NCBI GenBank assembly: GCA_964616915.1
Contig: CAZTSL010000009.1
Location: forward strand, 1 to 60,518
Reading direction: 5' to 3'
DNA from: an uncultured bacterium
GTDB taxonomy: Bacteria > Myxococcota_A > CAZTSL01
DNA: 60,518 nt
Shown here: piece by piece, positions 45,937-55,771 of the stretch
Numbering within the stretch: position 1 is the first letter of the stretch
How the letters are laid out: each line of letters starts with the position of its first letter
Translations under genes and position numbers: made by a program
Notes under the pieces: generated by a model
Database searches by the model: none
The model's input: only the letters and a program-made list of their open reading frames with translations
Told to the model about the DNA's origin: nothing

Positions 45937-46951
45937 AGACCATCCGTTCCGTTACGCCATCCTGTTGCTCCCCCTGGGAGCCGTCGCGTTCCTCCTGCTG
46001 CTCGGCGGCGCGGGCAAATCGCGATATACGATCAAGTTCGGCACCGTGGCCCCTCCCGACACACCGTGGGCGATCCAGCTCAACGATATCAAGGAACGGG
46101 TGGAACGGGAGAGCAAGGGGAAGATCCGCTTCAAGCTCTACCTCGGCGGGCAACTCGGCGGCGAGATCGAGATGGTCCAGCAGGTCCGCCGCGGCCGGAT
46201 CCAGGGGGGCGGATTCAGTACGGGCGCGATCGCCGACATCGTCCCCGAACTCTCGATCCTCGAACTCCCCTACCTCTTCCGTGACGAGGCGGAGGCAGAT
46301 CGGATCCTCGACGAGATCGCCTTCGAGCCCCTCTCGGAGAAACTCGCGGAGAAGGGCTTCTACCTCGCCTACTGGGGGGAGAACGGGTGGCGCTCCTTCG
46401 GAACGAAGACGCGCCCGATCCGCAAACCGGAGGATCTGGCGGGGATGAAGATGCGCGTGCAGGAGAACCCCGTCCATATCGAGATGTACAAGGCCCTGGG
46501 TGCCACGGGCATTCCGCTTCCCGTCGTGGAGGTGATCGGTGCGCTCCAGACCGGACTCGTGGATGGCTTCGACAACACCCCGCTCTTCTCCGTGGCCAGC
46601 GAGTGGATCTACAAGGTGAAGTACTATACGCTCACCCGGCACATCTACCAGCCGGCCGCGATCATCTTCAACAAGCGTTTCTGGGATCGGCTCCCCCCCG
46701 ACCTCCAGAAGATCCTCCTCGGGGACCGCAAGAAGGAGATGCAACGGGGACGGGCCAGCGTGCGGGCGATGACGCCGGAACTCCTCCAGATCATGAAGGA
46801 CGCCGGCATCGAGGTCGTCTCCCTGACCGATGCGGAACGCAACGTCTTCCGGGAGCGCACACGACCGGTGCATCGGGCGTTCGCCGAGAAGATGGGCCCC
46901 TTTACGCAGCAACTCCTCGAGAAGATCTACGCGGCGCAGGGGAGGAAATGA
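45929..46951 (+). CDS. dctP: TRAP transporter substrate-binding protein (DctP family)
   Basis: IKFGTVAPPDTPWAIQLNDIKERVERESKGKIRFKLYLGGQLGGEIEMVQQVRRGRIQG ... ELPYLFRD is the DctP signature. ATG 45929 follows GGAGGAGA. Confidence 0.9.
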   Translation: MNRDHPFRYAILLLPLGAVAFLLLLGGAGKSRYTIKFGTVAPPDTPWAIQLNDIKERVERESKGKIRFKLYLGGQLGGEIEMVQQVRRGRIQGGGFSTGAIADIVPELSILELPYLFRDEAEADRILDEIAFEPLSEKLAEKGFYLAYWGENGWRSFGTKTRPIRKPEDLAGMKMRVQENPVHIEMYKALGATGIPLPVVEVIGALQTGLVDGFDNTPLFSVASEWIYKVKYYTLTRHIYQPAAIIFNKRFWDRLPPDLQKILLGDRKKEMQRGRASVRAMTPELLQIMKDAGIEVVSLTDAERNVFRERTRPVHRAFAEKMGPFTQQLLEKIYAAQGRK

Positions 46952-47841
46952 GACGTCGTTTCCCGGCGCTCCTTGCGGCATGTTGCGTGCTGGCCGCCCC
47001 CTTCCTGCCGTGGGGGGGGGGAGAACCCGGGTACCGTTGGCTCCTCGGACATCCCGAAAAATTCGATACGTTCCTCGTGACGCTGGAGATCGCCGTGGCG
47101 CTTGGTGCCGTAGGAGTGACGCTGTTACGGGCCGCTCCTCCCCTCTTCGGGGTTCCGGCCGCAGCGCTCCTCCTCGTGGCCGCAACCCGGGCGATCCTCG
47201 GTTTCGGGGTGCCGGGGGCCACCCTCTTCGAGATGACGACCGCGGCCGACTTCCTCCACGCCGGGGTGGGGTTTCACCTGGCCGGCCTGGGGACGCTCCT
47301 TCTGGCGATCGCGGGGAATCTCGGCTCGCCCCATCTCTTCCGGATCCTGGGGAAGATCGATGACGTCGTCTTCGCGATCGAGAAGGGGATCATCACGCTT
47401 TCTCTCGGCGGGATGGTGCTGCTTGTCTTCCTCGACCTCCTCTTGCGGGAGGTGGCCGGCTCCGGGATCGGAGGGGCCCAGAAGCTGGCGCTCTATCTCA
47501 TGCTCTGGGCCGGTTTCCTCGGCGCTTCGATCGCCACGCGGGGGGGGAAGCATCTTTCGATGGACCTCCTCGACAAGCTCCTTTCTCCCGCTCCCCGCTG
47601 TTATCTCCAGGGAGGAGTCTTCTTCGTCACCGCGGCCTTCTCCTTCTTCCTCGCCCGGGTGGGTCTCATCTTCGTGTTGCAGAACCGCGCCTATGGGGAT
47701 CCGCCGCTCTACTACGGGATCCCGGAGTGGGGGGTGCAGACGGTGATCCCCCTTTCGCTTTTCGTGATGGGTTGTCGCTTCCTGGCCAGGTCGGTGCGGG
47801 TGTTCCGGCATGGGCCGGAGGTTTCGGAGGGTCTCCATTGA
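46948..47841 (+). CDS. dctQ: TRAP transporter small permease (DctQ family) with about 125-aa N-terminal multi-TM extension
   Basis: ATG 46948 forms an ATGA overlap with the dctP stop. The DctQ-like core begins around FRILGKIDDVVFAIEKGIITLSLGGMVLLVFLDLLLREV. Extra hydrophobic segments precede it. Confidence 0.8.
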   Translation: MRRRFPALLAACCVLAAPFLPWGGGEPGYRWLLGHPEKFDTFLVTLEIAVALGAVGVTLLRAAPPLFGVPAAALLLVAATRAILGFGVPGATLFEMTTAADFLHAGVGFHLAGLGTLLLAIAGNLGSPHLFRILGKIDDVVFAIEKGIITLSLGGMVLLVFLDLLLREVAGSGIGGAQKLALYLMLWAGFLGASIATRGGKHLSMDLLDKLLSPAPRCYLQGGVFFVTAAFSFFLARVGLIFVLQNRAYGDPPLYYGIPEWGVQTVIPLSLFVMGCRFLARSVRVFRHGPEVSEGLH

Positions 47842-49187
47842 GTGCCTGGCTCCTCGTCGGGATCGCGCTCCTCTTGCTCCTGCTGGGGGTTCCCCTCTTC
47901 GTGGTGATCGGCGCGGTCACCTTCCTGGCCGTCCTCACCGTGGAAGGGGGGGTCACCGGGATCACATGGAGCTTCTTCCAGGACAACGAGGATCTCCTGG
48001 CCGGAATCATCGCGGACATGTTCGAGGCGGTGAGCAAGGAGGTCCTCCTTGCGATCCCCTTCTTCGTCCTTGCGGGGGGGATCATGACGGCGGGGGGGAT
48101 CTCGAACCGTCTGATCGCGGTGGCCAAGGCCGCGATCGGATGGGTGCCTGGGGGGCTTGCCGTCTCGGCGGTGATCTCCTGCGCCTTCTTCGCCGCGATC
48201 TCCGGTTCCTCCCCGGTCACGGTGATCGCAATCGGCACGATCCTCTTCCCCGCCCTCGTTTCGGAAGGGTATCCGAAACGCTTCTCGATGGGGCTGCTGA
48301 CGACCTCGGGATCGCTGGGGATCCTGATTCCGCCGAGCATCCCGATGATCCTCTACGCGATCATGGTCTCCTCCCCCCGCAACCGGGTCTCGGTGACCGA
48401 CCTCTTCATCGCAGGGATTCTGCCGGGACTCCTCATTACCCTGCTCCTTTCGGGCTATGCGATTCTCCATGAAACCCTGCGTGCCTCCCGGGGGGAGAGT
48501 TCGGTGCGCACGCCCTTCTCCTGGAAACGTTTCGCTCGCAGCCTGCGGGAGGGGATCTGGTCACTCCTCCTGCCCGTCCTCATCATGGGGGGGATCTACT
48601 CCGGCTTCTTCACGGCCACGGAATCGGCGGCGGTGGCCGTGGTCTATGCCCTCGTCGTGGAGGTCTTCATCCACCGGGAGGTCCGGATCGCCGATCTTCC
48701 GAAGATCTGTATCGAATCGGCACTGCTGATGGGGACCCTCTTTCCGATCCTCGTGATCGCGATCGCGCTCAACCGCTTCCTCACGATCGAGCAGATCCCG
48801 CAGGCGGGCGCGGAGCTGATCGGGGGGATCGTCCAGAGCCGATGGGCCTTCCTCCTCGTCGTGAACCTCTTCCTCCTGGCGCTCGGCTGCCTGATGGACA
48901 TCATCTCCGCGATCCTGATCGTGGCGCCGATCCTGGCGACGATGGCGGGCAGCTTCGGCATCGATCCGATCCACTTCGGGATCGTCTTCATCGTGAACCT
49001 CGAGATCGGCTACCTGACCCCGCCGATCGGGATCAATCTCTTCGTGGCGAGTACGGTCTTTCAGCGCTCCATTCTCGAAGTCATCCGCGCCGTCATCCCC
49101 TTCACGCTGGTGATGTTTCTGGCGCTTTTCCTCTTGACGGCGTTCGATGGGATCAGCCTTTTCCTCCTGCGCATCCTGGGAGGATAG
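47838..49187 (+). CDS. dctM: TRAP transporter large permease (DctM family)
   Basis: Polytopic. LLAIPFFVLAGGIMTAGGIS, SGSSPVTVIAIGTILFP and GILIPPSIPMILYA are DctM blocks. TTG 47838 overlaps the dctQ stop (TTGA). The upstream part of the track ORF lies in dctQ and is a run-on. Confidence 0.9.
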   Translation: MSAWLLVGIALLLLLLGVPLFVVIGAVTFLAVLTVEGGVTGITWSFFQDNEDLLAGIIADMFEAVSKEVLLAIPFFVLAGGIMTAGGISNRLIAVAKAAIGWVPGGLAVSAVISCAFFAAISGSSPVTVIAIGTILFPALVSEGYPKRFSMGLLTTSGSLGILIPPSIPMILYAIMVSSPRNRVSVTDLFIAGILPGLLITLLLSGYAILHETLRASRGESSVRTPFSWKRFARSLREGIWSLLLPVLIMGGIYSGFFTATESAAVAVVYALVVEVFIHREVRIADLPKICIESALLMGTLFPILVIAIALNRFLTIEQIPQAGAELIGGIVQSRWAFLLVVNLFLLALGCLMDIISAILIVAPILATMAGSFGIDPIHFGIVFIVNLEIGYLTPPIGINLFVASTVFQRSILEVIRAVIPFTLVMFLALFLLTAFDGISLFLLRILGG

Positions 49188-49262
49188 GCCCGGGGCCGAT
49201 GGGCCGTCTTGCGGCTTTCCCCCGCGTCCCTCGAGCCTCGCGGGAGAGATCTGGAGTCCTCC

Positions 49263-50285
49263 ATGAACATCTTGACGGAACTCGGAAAGAAATTGAACCT
49301 GGTTCCCGTCCCCCTCGTCGATACCTTCCTCTCGATGATCCGGGCGCGGGCGATCATCGAAGCGCAGAAGGTCGGGATCTTCGATTTTCTCGCCGAGGGA
49401 CCCCGCAGCGCCGGCGAGGTGGCCCGGCATGTGGGCTACGACCTCGACGGCACGCGGATCCTCCTCGATGCCCTCGTCACGGTCGGTTATCTCGAACGCG
49501 ATGGGAGCGGTCGCTACACGAACAGCCCCTGGGCCTCCCGATGGATCGTGGCCGACAGTCCCGAAAGCCTCGGCCACATGATCCTCCTTGCCGACGCGGT
49601 CTGGCAGCGTGCGCCCTACACGGAACAGACGCTCAAGGCGGGGACCCCCCCCTTCGACTTCCAGAAACACGCCGCGGACAAACCCGAACAGCAAGCCGCC
49701 TACACGCTCGGGATGAAGGAGATGGCCCGACGGATCATCCCGGAGTTCACGCAGATCGTGAAGATCCCCAAAGAGGCCCGGCGCCTCATCGATCTCGGAG
49801 GGGCGCATGGCACCTATGCGGAGGCCTTCGTGGCGCGCAATCCCCAGCTCTCCGCCACCGTCTTCGACCTCCCCAACGCGGTGGCGGTGGGGCGTGCGGA
49901 GATGGAGAAGCGCGGCAACCCCCATAAGATCGAGTTCCAGGCCGGGGATCTCTTCGAGGACGACATCGGGGAGGGGTGGGACGTGGCGCTCGCCTGTAAC
50001 CTCGTGCATGCCTTCTCCCCGGAGCGCAACAAGATCCTCTTCGAGAAGGTCTACGCCGCGCTCGCAGAGGGGGGGCGTTTCGCGATCATGGACCAGATCC
50101 TCGGCCTCGGCTCGATCCACGACATGATCGCCCGCCTCTTCTCCTTCAACCTCTTCACCGTGGGGGGGCGGACCTACGAGATCGACACCCTCCAGCAGAT
50201 GCTCACCGAGAGTGGATTCTCGAAGATCACCCACAAGAAGTTGAGCAAGGCCGTGGGCAGCGCCGTGGTGATCGCCGAGAAGTGA
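49263..50285 (+). CDS. Class I SAM-dependent O-methyltransferase (family 2-like, with winged-helix dimerisation domain)
   Basis: N-terminal wHTH-like segment GIFDFLAEGPRSAGEVARHVGYDLDGTRILLDALVTVGYLER. SAM motif LIDLGGAHGTYA. FDLPNAV ... GDLFED ... FAIMDQI. Confidence 0.8.
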   Translation: MNILTELGKKLNLVPVPLVDTFLSMIRARAIIEAQKVGIFDFLAEGPRSAGEVARHVGYDLDGTRILLDALVTVGYLERDGSGRYTNSPWASRWIVADSPESLGHMILLADAVWQRAPYTEQTLKAGTPPFDFQKHAADKPEQQAAYTLGMKEMARRIIPEFTQIVKIPKEARRLIDLGGAHGTYAEAFVARNPQLSATVFDLPNAVAVGRAEMEKRGNPHKIEFQAGDLFEDDIGEGWDVALACNLVHAFSPERNKILFEKVYAALAEGGRFAIMDQILGLGSIHDMIARLFSFNLFTVGGRTYEIDTLQQMLTESGFSKITHKKLSKAVGSAVVIAEK

Positions 50286-50305
50286 TCCCCGAAGGCCTAC
50301 CTTTT

Positions 50306-51004
50306 TCAACCCGCTCCGATCTCTTTCATCCGCTCCATCCACGCCTGGAGTTGGGGGTGCTGGGCCACGATCTGGTAGCCCTGGAGCCCCTCGAAGGGGG
50401 CGAGCACCCCGAAGACGGCGAAGTCGGCGATCGTGGGATGGGTCCCCCCGAGGAGAAAGGCACGTTCCCCCAAGATCTTCGAAAGATCGTCGATCTGCGA
50501 CTCGAGGAGGGCGCTGAGCCGCGATACCCGGGGATCGAGCGCGAATCTGCGCATCTGCCGCTGGATCACGGCGGGGGCCAGGGAGAGGAGGAGGCGGGTG
50601 CGCAACGTGCGGGGATAGCGGCTCCGGGAGATCTCGATCATCCGCGCGCAGTTCTCCGGAATCAGGAACTTCAGCGGCCCCACCACCCGCTGCAACGATT
50701 CGTCCGCCCAGTCCTCGATCAGGAAGGCGAGCGCCCGGAGCCGCTTCTCCCGCGGATAGATCGGGGGGGTGGGGAAGCGCTGTTCCAGATAACGGGCAAT
50801 ATCGGTCGAATCGTGGAGCGCGAGGTCATCGATGAGGAGGACCGGAACCTTGCGCTGTCCGGTCAGACGCACGAGTTCCCTGCGCACGAGGAGGTCGGCC
50901 TCCCGGATTTCGCAGGACACCCCCTTGTAGGCGAGGATCTTCCGGATCTTGACGCAGTAGGGCGATACTTCGAACTGGTAGAGGATCGGCTCCCTGGCTT
51001 CCAT
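50306..51004 (-). CDS. Glutathione S-transferase family protein
   Basis: Thioredoxin-like N-terminus ILYQFEVSPYCVKIRKILAYKGV...KVPVLLIDD..LHDSTDIARYLE, followed by a helical C-domain. Confidence 0.8.
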   Translation of the reverse strand: MEAREPILYQFEVSPYCVKIRKILAYKGVSCEIREADLLVRRELVRLTGQRKVPVLLIDDLALHDSTDIARYLEQRFPTPPIYPREKRLRALAFLIEDWADESLQRVVGPLKFLIPENCARMIEISRSRYPRTLRTRLLLSLAPAVIQRQMRRFALDPRVSRLSALLESQIDDLSKILGERAFLLGGTHPTIADFAVFGVLAPFEGLQGYQIVAQHPQLQAWMERMKEIGAG

Positions 51005-51126
51005 GCTATGCGCGCTGCTCCTTCCGATTCGGAAAGGGATCCTCCCGGCCGCTCACCTCCGCCCTGGATGGAGGAGGTGAGCACAAGAGGGAACGAGAAA
51101 CGTCTTCGGGGAAGGGGAGAAGGGCA

Positions 51127-52509
51127 TCATACCTTCGTGATCATCTTCGTGGAGATGAAGGAGTAGAGCTGCTTGCACACGGTAAAGGGGCGCATGTGGC
51201 TCTTCTTGACGATATCGCGCACCGTGTTTTGCCCATCGACGAGGCTGAGGATCTTGCGCTCTTCCTCGGTGAGCTGGGTGAGGTTCTCCTCGGTCTGTTT
51301 CGCGGGATTGGGGTGGAGGACGAGATCGAAGTTGTTGATCTCCCGTTCGATCAGGTGCCATTCATCGACCTGGCGGTACCCCTCCATCAGGAGATTCTGG
51401 GTGGGGATCCCGAAGGCGGCCTCCCGGACGATGCGGGGGAAGTGGTCCATGACGACGAAGTAGTAGCGGCCGCTGGGCCAGCGCAGGACCGAATAGACGA
51501 GTTCCGAGGTCTGGGTGCGCAGGATCTCGTGGAGTTCCTCCCGCGTGAGCTTCCCGTGCTGGAGGACGAGTTGCCCCAGGGGACGTTTGTGCTTCGCCTT
51601 TTCGAGGAGAAGTTCGCGCAGCTCCTCTTCGGAGATCTTGTGGGACTCGAGGAGGAAACGGCCAAGCAGGAGGTGGCGATCGACATTCTTTCCCGTGGCG
51701 AAGTCGATGTTCCCCTCGCGGAAGAAGAGCATCACCTTGGTGTTGCCCCGCACGATGAGGAGGACGCCGGTCTGGCTCTGGAGGGTGAGGAGCTGGAAGA
51801 TCTCGGCGATCGGGATCATCTCGATGTCCCCCTCGAGGCTGATCCGTTCCCCCGACATCTCGGTAATGCTCCCCCGGCTCAAATCGCGGGCGAGGTTCTG
51901 GAGGAAACGCTCCGGGAGGGCCTCGTTGATCCCCTCCGAGAGGAGTGCCCGGAATTCCTGGGGAGAGATTCGCTGCTGGAAGAGGGGGTACTTCCCCACC
52001 AGCGCGCGCAGGAGCCGTTGGGTGATCTGCCCCTTGACGCCGGCGATGATCGCCGCCTCCTCCTCCGCGCGCTTCGTGGCCTCCCGTTCCTCCGAGGTGG
52101 GCTCCTCCTCCTGGAGGGGGGTCTCCTCGATCACCCGGTCCTTGGGATACTTCCGAAGCGCATGGGCCGTGACCGTCAGGAGCACCTCCGGGGTGAAGGG
52201 CTTCGTCATGTAATCGACGATCCCCATCCGCTCGACGAACTTGGAACTCAGTTCGTCCTCCCGTGAGGCCATCAGGATCACCGGAATCCGCCGGTCGATG
52301 CGTTGCAGCCGCGTGCAGAACTGGAAGCCGTTCATCCGGGGGAGGGCATAGTCGTAGAGGACGAGGTCGGGGGAGGATTCCTCTACTCGGGCGAGTGCCT
52401 CTTCCCCGGTCGTGGCGATCACGACCTGGTACCCCGCCCGCGTCAGCGTCATCTCGAGCACCTTCCGGATCGCTGCACTCTGGTCAACGGCAAGAATCGT
52501 GACGTCCAT
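51127..52509 (-). CDS. Response regulator receiver fused to DUF4388 (PATAN-like) domain
   Basis: REC: ILAVDQSAAIRKVL...DLVLYDYALPRMNG...MTKPF. DUF4388-like: LEGDIEMIPIAEIFQLLTLQSQTGVLLIVRGNTKVMLFFREGNI. ATG 52509 chosen; the track start 52722 adds a non-coding-looking extension. Confidence 0.8.
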   Translation of the reverse strand: MDVTILAVDQSAAIRKVLEMTLTRAGYQVVIATTGEEALARVEESSPDLVLYDYALPRMNGFQFCTRLQRIDRRIPVILMASREDELSSKFVERMGIVDYMTKPFTPEVLLTVTAHALRKYPKDRVIEETPLQEEEPTSEEREATKRAEEEAAIIAGVKGQITQRLLRALVGKYPLFQQRISPQEFRALLSEGINEALPERFLQNLARDLSRGSITEMSGERISLEGDIEMIPIAEIFQLLTLQSQTGVLLIVRGNTKVMLFFREGNIDFATGKNVDRHLLLGRFLLESHKISEEELRELLLEKAKHKRPLGQLVLQHGKLTREELHEILRTQTSELVYSVLRWPSGRYYFVVMDHFPRIVREAAFGIPTQNLLMEGYRQVDEWHLIEREINNFDLVLHPNPAKQTEENLTQLTEEERKILSLVDGQNTVRDIVKKSHMRPFTVCKQLYSFISTKMITKV

Positions 52510-52761
52510 CGGGGAAACTCCACCGGCCAAGGAACTTCGGGAGGAAAATCGGGAACGCAGCGCTCTTCGCTTCTGTTCGAGCATTATAACCCCACCTCCA
52601 TCGAGATGCAACCATTCCTCTGCGGCTTCCCACCTCCGATATGGAAAGAAACCCACAGTCGTGGTATCCTGGAGCCGGCAGAGGGTCGTGAGGGAGGGGT
52701 TCGACAGCGGCAGTTTCAGCATCTACCGGAGTTTCGACATCTCCGAAGGGAGCGGGTGATC

Positions 52762-53631
52762 ATGTGGCGTAACGTCTTCCTCGTCCTCTTCCTCCTCTTG
52801 CGGGGGGATCCGGCAGTTCCTGCGTCGCCACGACGCAGCCCGGAGCGGATCGTCTCCCTTGCGCCGAACGTCACCGAGATCCTCTTCGCCCTCGGCGCCG
52901 GGGATCGGGTCGTGGGGGTCACGGAGTACTGCGACGAGCCCCGGGAAGCGCGTGAGATCCCCAGGATCGGCGGTTTCACGAATCCGAACCTCGAGGTGAT
53001 CCTCTCGCTTCGTCCCGATCTCGTGATCGCGGTCCCCAACGGTGGAAACCGGGAGACCGTGGCGCGGTTGACCCGGATGGGGGTGCGTGTCCTCGTCGTC
53101 CACGTCCGGCGGATCGAAGAGGTGCTCGAGGCGATCACGACGATCGGTACGGCCGTGGGGCGAGGGGAGGCCGCTCATGCCCTCGTGCGGGAGATCCGGG
53201 GAGGGCTCGACCGGATCACCGCGAAGGTCTCGGGACGGGAGCGGCGCAAGACCGCGGTCGTCTATGGGAAGAACCCCCTCTACCTCGCGGGACCGGGCAC
53301 TTTCGCCGACGAGCTGATCACGCGGGGGGGGGGGACGAACATCGCCGGAGATGCGGAACGCGACTTTCCGACCTTCAGTTTCGAGGCATTCCTCCTGCGT
53401 GCACCGGAGGTGATCATCGATGCGGCGATGCCCTCCGGAGGGGAGACGCCCCCGGATCCCCTCGCCTTCTGGAGAAGGTGGCCGATGCTGCCGGCAGTGC
53501 AGAGAAAGCGTGTCTGTATTCCTCCCGATGACGCGCCGATGATCCCGGGCCCCCGTCTCGTCCATGCGCTCGAGATCTTTGCCCGCTGCATCCATCCCGA
53601 GGCGTTCTCCCCGCCGGAGGGAACTCGATGA
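52762..53631 (+). CDS. Periplasmic binding protein of an iron-siderophore/cobalamin-type ABC importer (BtuF/FhuD-like)
   Basis: Signal peptide MWRNVFLVLFLLLRG. RIVSLAPNVTEILFALGAGDRVVGVTEYCD ... NLEVILSLRPDLVIA is typical of PF01497-type binding proteins. The upstream part of the track ORF is antisense to the regulator gene. Confidence 0.8.
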   Translation: MWRNVFLVLFLLLRGDPAVPASPRRSPERIVSLAPNVTEILFALGAGDRVVGVTEYCDEPREAREIPRIGGFTNPNLEVILSLRPDLVIAVPNGGNRETVARLTRMGVRVLVVHVRRIEEVLEAITTIGTAVGRGEAAHALVREIRGGLDRITAKVSGRERRKTAVVYGKNPLYLAGPGTFADELITRGGGTNIAGDAERDFPTFSFEAFLLRAPEVIIDAAMPSGGETPPDPLAFWRRWPMLPAVQRKRVCIPPDDAPMIPGPRLVHALEIFARCIHPEAFSPPEGTR

Positions 53632-54668
53632 GGCATCTGCGCGTCCGGGATCTCGTGGGCTACAATCTCCTCTTCCTCCTCCTCCTTGGGGTCACCCTCC
53701 TTGCGGCCCTCTCGACCGGACCGACGGGCGTGGGGTTTTCCACCCTCGTTGGCGCCCTGCAGGGGGAGGTGACCCCGATGGAGCGGGCGATCCTCCTGCG
53801 GATTCGCCTGCCGCGGGTATTGCTCGCCGGGATCGCGGGGGGGGCGCTCTCCCTCTCTGGCGCGGCCTTCCAGGCGTTGCTGCGCAACCCCCTGGCGGAG
53901 CCCTTCCTTCTCGGGGTGACGGGGGGGGGGGCACTCGGCGGTGTGATCGCCCTCGTGGCCGGCCTCGATCGGCTCGGATTCTGGCCGATCCCCCTCGTGG
54001 CCTTCCTCGGGGCGACCCTCTCGATGTTCCTCATCTACGCAGTCGCCACGGAGCGTGGGCGGCTCGATCCCACCCGTCTCCTCTTGAGCGGCGTGATCTT
54101 CAACGCGCTCTCCTCTGCGGTCGTGATGCTCATCTCGGCGATCGTCTCCGCGGAGAAGCTCCAGGAGATCATCTTCTGGCTGATGGGCTCGCTGGCGGTC
54201 CCCCGGGAGCCCGTGATCGTCGTCGTGGTGGGGGGCTACGTCCTGGGGGGGGTTCTCCTCCTCCTCCCTCGGGCCCGGGATTTCGACCTCCTCTCCCTCG
54301 GGGAGTCGGATGCCCGCCAACTCGGGGTCCAGGTCGAGCGCACGCGCACGATCGCCTTCTTTTCCGCCGCCCTGATGACGGGGGCCGTCGTCTCGGTCAG
54401 CGGGATGATCGGATTCGTGGGGCTGGCGGTTCCGCACATCGTGCGCCGTCTCTTCGGAGCGGACCACCGGCTCCTCTTCCCCTTGACCCTCACGGGGGGG
54501 GCGATCTTCCTCATCGTGGCGGACACCGCCGCGCGTACGATCGCCGCTCCGCACGAACTCCCTGTCGGCGTGCTCACCGCCCTTGGGGGGGGGCCCTTCT
54601 TCCTCTGGCTCCTGCACCGTCGAACCGGTCGCATCGAGGAATCGCAGGAGATTGCGCCCCCCTCCTGA
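53628..54668 (+). CDS. FecCD-family ABC permease (BtuC/FhuB-like)
   Basis: LLRIRLPRVLLAGIAGGALSLSGAAFQALLRNPLAEPFLLGVTGGGALG ... LPVGVLTALGGGPFFLWLL are canonical FecCD blocks. ATGA overlap with the binding-protein gene. Confidence 0.9.
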   Translation: MRHLRVRDLVGYNLLFLLLLGVTLLAALSTGPTGVGFSTLVGALQGEVTPMERAILLRIRLPRVLLAGIAGGALSLSGAAFQALLRNPLAEPFLLGVTGGGALGGVIALVAGLDRLGFWPIPLVAFLGATLSMFLIYAVATERGRLDPTRLLLSGVIFNALSSAVVMLISAIVSAEKLQEIIFWLMGSLAVPREPVIVVVVGGYVLGGVLLLLPRARDFDLLSLGESDARQLGVQVERTRTIAFFSAALMTGAVVSVSGMIGFVGLAVPHIVRRLFGADHRLLFPLTLTGGAIFLIVADTAARTIAAPHELPVGVLTALGGGPFFLWLLHRRTGRIEESQEIAPPS

Positions 54669-54756
54669 AGCGGGGGATCGACCCTCGGCCGCGACACGGC
54701 TTTTCCCCTTGCCCCTCGACCTCCCCATGCCCGAGCCAAGGCGACGGATGATCGAG

Positions 54757-54785
54757 TTGACATTGTGCACCCTTTCGATTAAAGT
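54757..54785 (+). promoter_or_regulatory. Sigma70-like promoter upstream of nuoA
   Basis: TTGACA (54757-54762), a 17-nt spacer, then TAAAGT (54780-54785). It lies about 120 nt upstream of the nuoA ATG. Confidence 0.45.
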
Positions 54786-54908
54786 CGCCACGTACGCCTC
54801 CCCACGATCGCACAGGACGCGTCCCCCACCGGCCGCGGTCCGTCGCGCTCGTAGGAGGTGCGGCAGGCAGATGGGTATCACCGAGATCCGTGGAAGGCAG
54901 GGATTCCG

Positions 54909-55262
54909 ATGCACAGTTTCGCTCCGGTCTTCATCCTTTTCCTCGTGGCTGCCGCCCTTGCGGGGGTCATCGTCCTTCTGGCCAGTGTCACGGGACCCCG
55001 GCGGGTGACGCGCAAGAAACTCGAAGTCTTCGAATGCGGCTCCCAGCCGATCGGAACGGCGCGGGAACGTTTTCCCGTCAAGTTCTACCTCGTGGCGATC
55101 CTCTTCATCATCTTCGACATCGAGGTCGTCTTCCTCTATCCCTGGGCGATCAAACTCCGTGCGTTCGGACTCTTCGGCTTCCTGGAGATGGTCTTCTTCG
55201 TCGGTATCCTGCTGCTGGGCCTCCTCTACGTCTGGAAGAAAGGAGCGCTCGAATGGGACTAG
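54909..55262 (+). CDS. nuoA: NADH-quinone oxidoreductase subunit A
   Basis: FECGSQPIGTARERFPVKFYLVAILFIIFDIEVVFLYPWA is the NuoA/ND3 signature. ATG 54909 chosen. Confidence 0.9.
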   Translation: MHSFAPVFILFLVAAALAGVIVLLASVTGPRRVTRKKLEVFECGSQPIGTARERFPVKFYLVAILFIIFDIEVVFLYPWAIKLRAFGLFGFLEMVFFVGILLLGLLYVWKKGALEWD

Positions 55263-55771
55263 AACGGATCCTTTCGGAGAGTGTCTGGTTGAGCAAGCTG
55301 ACGGCGGCGCTGGGATGGGCACGGAAGTATTCGCTCTTCCAGTACCCCTTCGTGACGGCCTGTTGCGGGATGGAATACATGTCCACCGCGGCCTCCCGTT
55401 ACGACATCGCCCGCTTCGGGGCGGAGTTCCCCCGATTCTCGCCGCGGCAGGCGGATCTCCTCTTCGTCGTGGGAACGATCAGCCACAAGCAGGCCCCGGT
55501 GCTACGCACGATCTATGAGCAGATGTCGGAACCGAAGTGGGTGATCGCCTTCGGAGTATGCGCTTCCTCGGGCGGTTTCTACAACAACTACGCCACGGTG
55601 CAGGGGATCGACACGATCATCCCGGTGGATGTCTATATCCCGGGGTGTCCTCCCCGCCCCGAAGCGGTGCTCGACGGTCTCATCAAGCTCCAGGAGAAGA
55701 TCGCGACCCAGGCGGATCCCCGGAAGCGCACCGTTCCCCGGATCACCTCCCCCTGGGTCGATCCGGCCTGA
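55253..55771 (+). CDS. nuoB: NADH-quinone oxidoreductase subunit B
   Basis: FVTACCGMEYM ... VIAFGVCASSGGFYNNY ... IPVDVYIPGCPPRPE carries the NuoB N2-cluster cysteines. ATG 55253 overlaps the nuoA end. Confidence 0.95.
   Translation: MGLERILSESVWLSKLTAALGWARKYSLFQYPFVTACCGMEYMSTAASRYDIARFGAEFPRFSPRQADLLFVVGTISHKQAPVLRTIYEQMSEPKWVIAFGVCASSGGFYNNYATVQGIDTIIPVDVYIPGCPPRPEAVLDGLIKLQEKIATQADPRKRTVPRITSPWVDPA

Noticed and set aside
52510-52761. Cobalamin riboswitch upstream of the btuF-like gene. GAGCCGGCAGAGGG loosely resembles a B12 box (AGCCGGAAGACCTGCC).
   Set aside because: The conserved GGGAA...GGTG.AA.TCC core and the CC.GCC half of the B12 box are not present, and I could not fold the typical junction by eye. 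An Infernal RF00174 scan would be decisive.
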